A DNA stretch of 4,814 bases from a virus (Duplodnaviria; Heunggongvirae; Uroviricota; Caudoviricetes), in IMG/VR virus record IMGVR_UViG_2778261560_000010; one strand, written 5' to 3'. Made by a program: the position numbers and the translations under genes. The notes beneath the pieces are model-generated. The model was not told the origin of the DNA. It was given only the letters and a program-made list of their open reading frames with translations, and ran no database searches. Position 1 is the stretch's first letter. Each line of letters begins with the position of its first letter. Of the stretch, positions 1 to 4,814 are shown one piece after another.

Positions 1-561
1 ATGCTGATTGGCTATATACGCGTATCAACAAATGACCAGAACACAGGTTTACAAAGAAATGCGCTGGAATGTGCAGGATGTGAGCTGATTTTTGAAGATA
101 AAATGAGCGGAAAAACAACGCAGCGGCCGGGACTGAAGCGGGCACTGAAGAAACTAAAACCCGGTGACACGCTGATGGTCTGGAAACTGGACAGGCTGGG
201 GCGCAGTATGCGCCACCTTGTTGCGCTGACAGATGAATTACAGCAACAGGGGATAAATTTTCGTAGTCTTACTGACAACATTGATACGTCAACCCCCATG
301 GGGCGCTTCTTTTTTCACATAATGGGTGCGCTGGCAGAAATGGAGCGTGAATTGATTGTCGAACGGACACGGGCTGGTCTTGCAGCTGCCCGTGAAAGGG
401 GACGAACCGGCGGCAGACCCCGCCGTCTCACGCAGGAACAATACGAGCAGGTCGGGCGTTTACTGGCCGGGGGTGTCAGCCGAAGACAGGTGGCACTTAT
501 TTTTGATATCGGCCTTTCAACCCTTTATCGTTATTATCCTGCGAGCGTTTCGGAAAAATAA
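1..561 (+). CDS. gin: Serine DNA invertase of the Gin/Cin/Pin/Hin family (N-terminal resolvase catalytic domain, C-terminal helix-turn-helix)
   Basis: 186-aa ORF beginning MLIGYIRVSTNDQ, with the conserved catalytic serine at residue 9 (codon 25-27) in the YxRVST(N/D)xQ motif. LDRLGRS and GRFFFH(I/V)MGALAEMERELI blocks and a C-terminal HTH segment (RRQVALIFDIGLSTLYR) closely resemble my recollection of Mu Gin and Salmonella Hin. TAA stop at 559-561. The gin symbol is chosen because com/mom lie downstream, as in Mu. Confidence 0.9.
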   Translation: MLIGYIRVSTNDQNTGLQRNALECAGCELIFEDKMSGKTTQRPGLKRALKKLKPGDTLMVWKLDRLGRSMRHLVALTDELQQQGINFRSLTDNIDTSTPMGRFFFHIMGALAEMERELIVERTRAGLAAARERGRTGGRPRRLTQEQYEQVGRLLAGGVSRRQVALIFDIGLSTLYRYYPASVSEK

Positions 562-651
562 GACGCTCCCTTTGTTGGGCCTTTACTGAATTAACGCAAA
601 ATGGCGTTTATCGGTCTGTGGATATGATAATTCTGTTTATTCAGGAACAGG

Positions 652-2709
652 ATGAATATTATGACGTCCAAATGGGTTCAACTATCATCAATGCCCGGAA
701 ACTTTACCGTTAAAGTTTCCGGTGGTACAGCGGCATTTCTTGAGGCTCCCTTTCCTCCGGCTGAAACGAAAGGAGGAATGACATTTGCTGACTGTCTCAT
801 CAGTTTTAATACACGGGATTGCCTGTGGGTAAGGCCAGTATCCGGTGATCCGAACGTGGAAATTACCGGAGCGGGTATTGGTGCTGTCATTCCGTTAAGT
901 GCTGATGTTGCCGGTACTACTGAACCGTCAGACTGGGATAATGCTGAAACACATACCCGTCCGGCAGGAAATGAAACGGCTTCCAGCTCCCCTTCCTGGT
1001 ATTACGTGATTGTTATAGCCGGTCAGTCCAATGCTTCATCTTATGGTGAAGGGTTGCCCCTGCCGGATTCTTATGATCGTCCTGATCCACGTATTATGCA
1101 GCTGGCACGCAGGAATACACAAACCCCCGGAGGTATTCCCTGCAAATACAATGAAATCATTCCAGCAGATCACTGCCTTCATGATGTTCAGAATATGAGT
1201 CTGCTGAACCATCCAAAAGCAGACCTGAAAAAAGGGCAGTATGGTTGTGTGGGTCAGGGACTTCATATTGCGAAAAAAGTATTACCGGTGATTCCTGCTG
1301 ATGCCGGGATTTTACTGGTTCCCTGTGCCCGTGGCGGCTCTGCTTTTACAACCGGCGCAGTTGGCTCATTCGATCCGGCAAGTGGTGCAGCCGAGGCGTC
1401 ACTACGCTGGGGAGTGGATACCCCACTGTATCAGGATCTTGTCAGTCGAACGAAAGCGGCACTTGAGGCGAATCCAAAGAATGTGCTGTTATCTGTCGTA
1501 TGGATTCAGGGGGAAGGAGACCTTAAAGCGACCCCGGCCCAGCATGGTGCCCAGTTTACTGCGATGGTGAAAAAATTCCGTGCGGATCTTGGTGCTTTCT
1601 CCGGTCAGTGTATTGGTGGTTCATCAGACAGTGTGCCGTGGTTATGTGGTGACACAACCTATGACTGGAAAGAGAAGAACCCGGCGGCATATGAAACCAT
1701 TTATAGCGGATATAAAAACCGGGCTTCCGAGAACATTCACTTTGTTCCACTGATGCACGATGAGTTCGGTAATAAAACCGCGACCAACCTGCCGGAGCAC
1801 GACCCGGATATCGCTTCTGCCGGGTATTATGGTGCGGAATCACGGGGAGATGGCAACTGGACAACAGCATCCAGGGCAACCCATTTTAGCTCCTGGGCGC
1901 GCCGTTTTCTGGTCTCAGATCGTTTTGCATCAGCAATTCTTAAATATGCAGGTCTGACCTCTGCATTTATTGCCGGTGTGGCCCCTGATGGTGAAGCTCT
2001 GCCTCAGCCCGCGCCGGGTGGAAAACCGGAAGCGCCGACAGGTAGTCAGCCAGGAAGCAGTGAGTCCCCCCAGCCGACATCCCCGTCACTCCGTACGCTG
2101 CTTTCACTTAAAGCATCAGCAGGAGAAGCCCCGGCTCAGGGATGGAAAATTACAGATGGTACAATCCAGCTGACGGACGAAGGTAAAGCGCTGACCGTAT
2201 CCAAACAAAGCGGAAAAACCTGGTCACTTACCCATGCGACCAGTGCTGCCGGAGAACTGTTGCAGCATGGTGGTCAGTTGACCTGTAAATTCCGTCTGTC
2301 AGGTGAAGTAAAAGAAGGCCAGTTTGCTCTGGGTATTTACCTCCACACCGATACGGTCCCGGAAGGTGTAACCATGAGTGGTACAGGCACACCGTTCCTG
2401 ATGGCGTATTATCTCCAGACAACAGGCGGCCAGTTAAATCTGATGCACCATAAAACAGGGGGGAATACGAAACTGGGATCATTTGGAGCCTACAATAACC
2501 AGTGGCATACACTTGTCCTGAAGTTTACTGCGGGAAGTGCCCAGGTAACGCCTGTGCTGGATGGCACTCCGGGCCAGGCATTCCAGATGGTGAAAGATGC
2601 ACTTTCCCCTGCCAAAGATACGCTGACACTGACAGATGTCACCAAAGGGGCAACTTATGGCGTGTCTTTTGAGAGCGTTGTCCTTGAGGTTAATACCCCT
2701 GCGGCATAA
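652..2709 (+). CDS. Multidomain carbohydrate esterase: N-terminal ~115-aa domain, central SGNH/sialate-O-acetylesterase-like domain, Pro-rich linker, C-terminal lectin/LamG-like beta-sandwich domain; NanS-p-like prophage cargo protein
   Basis: Long 685-aa ORF with an AGGA Shine-Dalgarno at 643-646, 5 nt before the ATG at 652 (alternative in-frame ATG at 661). SGNH block I VIVIAGQSNASSYGEG, putative nucleophile Ser126 at codon 1027-1029. Further SGNH-like blocks PCARGGSAF and VVWIQGEGD. Low-complexity Pro/Ser linker PQPAPGGKPEAPTGSQPGSSESPQPTSPS around 1990-2090. The C-terminal ~200 aa is rich in beta-strand-type residues (NQWHTLVLKF). Assignment is motif-based only. Confidence 0.75.
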   Translation: MNIMTSKWVQLSSMPGNFTVKVSGGTAAFLEAPFPPAETKGGMTFADCLISFNTRDCLWVRPVSGDPNVEITGAGIGAVIPLSADVAGTTEPSDWDNAETHTRPAGNETASSSPSWYYVIVIAGQSNASSYGEGLPLPDSYDRPDPRIMQLARRNTQTPGGIPCKYNEIIPADHCLHDVQNMSLLNHPKADLKKGQYGCVGQGLHIAKKVLPVIPADAGILLVPCARGGSAFTTGAVGSFDPASGAAEASLRWGVDTPLYQDLVSRTKAALEANPKNVLLSVVWIQGEGDLKATPAQHGAQFTAMVKKFRADLGAFSGQCIGGSSDSVPWLCGDTTYDWKEKNPAAYETIYSGYKNRASENIHFVPLMHDEFGNKTATNLPEHDPDIASAGYYGAESRGDGNWTTASRATHFSSWARRFLVSDRFASAILKYAGLTSAFIAGVAPDGEALPQPAPGGKPEAPTGSQPGSSESPQPTSPSLRTLLSLKASAGEAPAQGWKITDGTIQLTDEGKALTVSKQSGKTWSLTHATSAAGELLQHGGQLTCKFRLSGEVKEGQFALGIYLHTDTVPEGVTMSGTGTPFLMAYYLQTTGGQLNLMHHKTGGNTKLGSFGAYNNQWHTLVLKFTAGSAQVTPVLDGTPGQAFQMVKDALSPAKDTLTLTDVTKGATYGVSFESVVLEVNTPAA

Positions 2710-2766
2710 TCGTGACGGCCGGGAATTTATCCGGCTGTAACATCAGTTAATAAGAGTGAGGCTTAT

Positions 2767-2946
2767 ATGACATATATAAACGTCTGCCTGCTGTATTTCT
2801 GCACGGTGGTTTGTTGTCTGTTGCTTGTCAGCGGTGGTTATAAAATTATTCGCAATTATTTTCGAAATAAAATTGATGCAGCTGCCGAGGAAAAGATAAA
2901 AAGCGGTGCTGTAATGCCGCAGCCGAAAGACTCCGGTCAGATTTAA
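2767..2946 (+). CDS. Small hydrophobic (single-pass membrane?) protein, 59 aa, unknown function; absent from the supplied ORF track
   Basis: ATG at 2767 preceded by GTGAGG (2756-2761) with a 5-nt spacer; TAA at 2944-2946. My translation: MTYINVCLLYFCTVVCCLLLVSGGYKIIRNYFRNKIDAAAEEKIKSGAVMPQPKDSGQI, i.e. an N-terminal hydrophobic Cys-rich helix followed by a charged tail. Sits 57 nt after the esterase stop and 35 nt before the next ORF, on the same strand. Confidence 0.4.
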   Translation: MTYINVCLLYFCTVVCCLLLVSGGYKIIRNYFRNKIDAAAEEKIKSGAVMPQPKDSGQI

Positions 2947-2981
2947 TTTTTTGTGAACCAGAAAAGGAAAGGAGAATATTC

Positions 2982-3227
2982 ATGCCAGAGATTAAAGGCA
3001 CGGTTACTGAAGAGCTTGTCAAACAGGCACTTTATTCTGAAGAAGTGAACCGCGTGCTGAAGGCGCAGGTTCGCAAGGATTTTGAGGCACAAATCGACGC
3101 ATATGTTGATGAAGTGCTGGCCCGAATGGTTGGTCGTTCTCCGGCTGAAAACAGCACGGAAAATGAGCCTCAACCCGTAGAGCAACCAGAGCCGGTTCAG
3201 CCCGGAACTGACGGTACTATGATGTAA
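2982..3227 (+). CDS. Hypothetical small acidic protein, 81 aa (helical N-terminal half, Pro/Glu-rich tail)
   Basis: Strong RBS AAGGAAAGGAGA (GGAG at 2971-2974) 7 nt before the ATG at 2982. Protein-like composition. Followed by a GC-rich hairpin at 3237-3256. The antisense ORF 2943..3314 looks like low-complexity junk by comparison. Confidence 0.55.
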   Translation: MPEIKGTVTEELVKQALYSEEVNRVLKAQVRKDFEAQIDAYVDEVLARMVGRSPAENSTENEPQPVEQPEPVQPGTDGTMM

Positions 3228-3236
3228 CAATACCGA

Positions 3237-3267
3237 CCGGCAGGTTTCCCTGCCGGGTGAATTTGTT
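3237..3267. terminator. Candidate bidirectional intrinsic terminator between convergent small ORFs
   Basis: Perfect 8-bp GC-rich inverted repeat CCGGCAGG (3237-3244), loop TTTC, CCTGCCGG (3249-3256), followed on the + strand by GTGAATTTGTT. Lies between the stop of the + strand ORF (3227) and the stop of the minus-strand ORF (3266). The U-tract is imperfect. Confidence 0.35.
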
Positions 3268-3436
3268 AATGCACGTTTTGTGTATTTTCCCTCCGGGGAG
3301 AACAGGCAGGACATATCAGCATCCTGAAACAGGAAGCATTTTTTGGTTTGTATGTCTTGCCATTTTGAGATCGAGAACGGCGATAGATGAGCTGTAAGGG
3401 AGTCTTACAGGCAGGGCAAACAGGCTCTTTATCCAT
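3266..3436 (-). CDS. Putative small zinc-ribbon protein, 56 aa (two CPAC motifs), unknown function
   Basis: Minus-strand ORF; I place the start at the ATG at 3434-3436 because it has a perfect AAGGAG Shine-Dalgarno 9 nt upstream on the minus strand (revcomp of 3446-3451). The track's 64-aa version begins at an upstream ATG (3460) lacking an SD. Translation MDKEPVCPACKTPLQLIYRRSRSQNGKTYKPKNASCFRMLICPACSPRRENTQNVH contains CxxC...CxxC. Stop at 3266-3268. Confidence 0.35.
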   Translation of the reverse strand: MDKEPVCPACKTPLQLIYRRSRSQNGKTYKPKNASCFRMLICPACSPRRENTQNVH

Positions 3437-3512
3437 GATAAAGATCTCCTTTTTATGCATCTCTGCTTTACAGGAGACCGGGGAATATCATAGGATACGC
3501 CACGAGCTCAGA

Positions 3513-3672
3513 GTGAAGCATTGATGCTGTTTTTTACAGATTGACCCAGAATAGTTCGCGCTATCTGAGTCGCCATTTATGTAGTCCCGAAGTAAAGCAT
3601 TGATGCAAACTTGTCTAAATCGGCCCAGCATAGTTCCAGCTATGCTGGGTCTCCCTTTTATGTAGTATCCTG
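3513..3672. repeat. Two tandem imperfect direct repeats of ~79-81 bp (roughly 70% identical by eye)
   Basis: Unit A 3513-3591 and unit B 3592-3672 share GT(G/A)AAGCATTGATGC, a CCCAG.ATAGTTC..GCTAT core and TTTATGTAGT. Unit B carries a perfect 10-bp inverted repeat CCCAGCATAG (3624-3633), loop TTCCAG, CTATGCTGGG (3640-3649), followed by TCTCCCTTTTAT; the unit A copy is degenerate. Both units contain the small dyad GCAT-TG-ATGC. Confidence 0.55.
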
Positions 3673-3699
3673 TTGATTTGAAACATACTACATATACGC

Positions 3700-3922
3700 G
3701 CGATCCTACCTTCACTGGATAAAAAGTCAATAAAATGATCATTTTATGATCGTTTTCACCACCTAAGTCTTCGTTTTCTTTAAGTAAATAATCACCGCCC
3801 TGAATCATTGTTGATGACTTTTAAATCTATTTGTTGTATCAATTAAACAAATCGAATCGATCGTTTTTGTCGATCGATTGCATGAAAAAGGCATCAACAA
3901 CAAAGCAGGAGGTTATGCGGCC
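3700..3922 (+). promoter_or_regulatory. com-mom upstream regulatory region with clustered Dam (GATC) sites; candidate methylation-sensitive promoter region
   Basis: Five GATC sites in ~180 bp, at 3702, 3737, 3748, 3859 and 3872, against roughly ten in the 2-kb esterase gene. Two lie in direct repeats AATGATCATTTT / TATGATCGTTTT (3734-3756); two lie in a perfect 9-bp inverted repeat AATCGATCG (3855-3863), 7-nt spacer, CGATCGATT (3871-3879). Candidate weak sigma70 hexamers are ATGACT (3814-3819) / 17 bp / TATCAA (3837-3842), or alternatively a -10 like TAAATAAT (3785-3792) with a poor -35. com RBS CAGGAGG at 3906-3912. Confidence 0.5.
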
Positions 3923-4123
3923 ATGTATCGAAACATACGGTGCCGACACTGCAATAAGCTACTGGCACGGGCCAGTTTCAGTTATCTGGAAGTAAAATGT
4001 CCGCGCTGTAAAACCCTCAATCAAATCACATCTCCGAGCGCCACAGAGCACCCCACATACACAAGGAAATCCTGTCGTGGGGAACAAAAAGCAAGTTACA
4101 TCCCGTATCATCAGCACGCCTGA
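3923..4123 (+). CDS. com: Com-like zinc-finger translational activator of mom
   Basis: 66-aa ORF from the ATG at 3923, with CAGGAGG 10 nt upstream. [31 protein letters not shown] has the C-x2-C-x15-C-x2-C spacing and resembles Mu Com as I recall it (MKSIRCKNCNKLL...IRCPRCK). The track's 81-aa version starts at a TTG at 3878 inside the GATC palindrome, which I consider an artefact. Overlaps the next ORF by 47 nt. Confidence 0.8.
   Translation: MYRNIRCRHCNKLLARASFSYLEVKCPRCKTLNQITSPSATEHPTYTRKSCRGEQKASYIPYHQHA
4051..4082 (+). promoter_or_regulatory. Candidate mRNA stem-loop sequestering the mom Shine-Dalgarno and GTG start (putative target of Com-dependent translational activation)
   Basis: CCCCAC (4051-4056) is the exact reverse complement of GTGGGG (4077-4082), which contains the mom GTG start. 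The 20-nt intervening sequence carries the SD-like AAGGAAA (4063-4069). Consistent with the known Mu mechanism in which Com binding unmasks the mom translation start. Confidence 0.4.
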
Positions 4124-4814
4124 ACTTATTCGCTATAACGACAATATCGTTGGTTATGGCTCCCGTGAGTTACGGGTTGAGACAATAAGTTGCTGGCTGG
4201 CCCGACTGGTCATCGTCAATAAACATTACAGCCACCGTTTCGTAAATAATTCATACCTTCATCTGGGCATATTTTCAGAACGGGAACTTGTTGGCGTAAT
4301 GCAATGGGGTTACGCCCTTAACCCAAACAGTGGTGCACGCGTCGTAACGGGTACGCAGAACCGAGAATATATGGAGCTGAACCGGCTATGGCTGCATGAC
4401 TGTATGCCGAGAAACTCCGAATCAAGGGCGATCAGTTACGCGCTCAAGCTAATCAGGCAGCTTTATCCGCAGGTGCAGTGGGTTCAGTCGTTTGCAGATG
4501 AGCGTTGTGGCTGTCTTGGTGTCGTGTATCAGGCAAGCAATTTTGATTATGTAGGCAGCCATGAATCAACATTCTATGAACTTGATGGCGAGTGGTATCA
4601 CGAGATTTGCAGGAATGCCATTAAACGAGGCGGACAACGAGGTGAACATCTGAGGGCTAATATCGACAGAGCCAGTGTGCATAAGTTCCAACAGTTTCGT
4701 TACATCCGGTTTCTGAACAAGAGGGCCAGAAAACGCCTCAACACAAAGCTATTCAAAGTCCAGCCTTACCCAAAACCACAAACAGTTAAAACTGGTTTGA
4801 AAGAGAGTGAATGA
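4077..4814 (+). CDS. mom: Mom-like DNA modification protein (adenine N6-acetamido/carbamoylmethyl modification enzyme of Mu-like phages)
   Basis: 245-aa [34 protein letters not shown]..., resembling Mu Mom as I recall it. Start is a GTG at 4077, the first possible start after the in-frame stop at 3993-3995, with AAGGAAA 7 nt upstream. Begins inside the 3' end of com, as in Mu. TGA stop at 4812-4814, the last bases of the window. Confidence 0.85.
   Translation: MGNKKQVTSRIISTPELIRYNDNIVGYGSRELRVETISCWLARLVIVNKHYSHRFVNNSYLHLGIFSERELVGVMQWGYALNPNSGARVVTGTQNREYMELNRLWLHDCMPRNSESRAISYALKLIRQLYPQVQWVQSFADERCGCLGVVYQASNFDYVGSHESTFYELDGEWYHEICRNAIKRGGQRGEHLRANIDRASVHKFQQFRYIRFLNKRARKRLNTKLFKVQPYPKPQTVKTGLKESE

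Noticed and set aside
12-299. 95-aa minus-strand ORF antisense to gin
   Set aside because: Lies entirely inside the well-supported invertase gene on the opposite strand; low-complexity Ser/Cys-rich translation with no RBS evidence.
356-589. 77-aa + strand ORF overlapping the 3' end of gin in another frame
   Set aside because: Out-of-frame overlap with the conserved invertase C-terminus; no independent support.
623-631. Possible -10 element (TATGAT / GATAAT) for an esterase-specific promoter
   Set aside because: No acceptable -35 at 16-18 bp spacing; the esterase gene may instead be co-transcribed with gin. Too weak to call.
678-2512. Seven internal ORFs in alternative frames or antisense within the esterase gene (678..890-, 1036..1266-, 1301..1570+, 1556..1879-, 1760..1957+, 1970..2173+, 2228..2512-)
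   Set aside because: All nested in the 685-aa ORF, which has coherent domain motifs; translations are Arg/Cys/His-rich, typical of off-frame reading.
2943-3314. 123-aa minus-strand ORF antisense to the 81-aa ORF
   Set aside because: No convincing RBS, hydrophobic low-complexity translation, and it would run through the GC-rich hairpin at 3237-3256. The + strand ORF with its strong SD is preferred, though neither is proven.
3437-3460. N-terminal extension of the minus-strand zinc-ribbon ORF to the ATG at 3460 (64-aa version)
   Set aside because: The upstream ATG has no SD, while the internal ATG at 3436 has a perfect AAGGAG at 9-nt spacing. The longer form cannot be excluded.
3518-3529. AGCAT-TG-ATGCT dyad as an RNA hairpin
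   Set aside because: A 2-nt loop cannot form a stable hairpin; more plausibly a protein-binding dyad, noted under the tandem repeat.
3488-3808. 106-aa minus-strand ORF spanning the tandem repeats and the GATC region
   Set aside because: No Shine-Dalgarno upstream of its ATG; it covers AT-rich sequence with repeats and hairpins, better explained as regulatory DNA.
3878-3922. N-terminal extension of com from the TTG at 3878 (track's 81-aa version)
   Set aside because: The TTG lies inside the GATC palindrome with no SD, whereas the ATG at 3923 has CAGGAGG at ideal spacing and yields a Com-sized protein with the zinc finger near the N-terminus.
1-4814. CRISPR array, tRNA/rRNA genes, or transposase/IS element
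   Set aside because: No regularly spaced short direct repeats, no tRNA-like cloverleaf candidates, and no transposase-like ORFs; the only recombinase is the serine invertase.

Overview
The window looks like the right-end (beta-region) module of a Mu-like transposable prophage from an enterobacterial host: a Gin/Hin-family serine DNA invertase starts at base 1, and an overlapping com-mom pair (zinc-finger translational activator plus DNA-modification enzyme) ends at the last base. In phage Mu these genes are near-adjacent; here about 3.3 kb of cargo lies between them. The cargo holds a 685-aa multidomain protein with a sialate-O-acetylesterase-like SGNH core (GQSN motif) and a C-terminal lectin-like domain, which I read as NanS-p-like. 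Downstream are two small ORFs with good ribosome-binding sites (a 59-aa hydrophobic protein missing from the ORF track, and an 81-aa acidic protein), a convergent 56-aa zinc-ribbon-like ORF on the minus strand, an ~80-bp tandem repeat pair with a strong hairpin, and a GATC-dense region upstream of com. All functional calls rest on motifs and remembered family features; no database search or computation was possible. No rRNA, tRNA, CRISPR array or transposase was seen.
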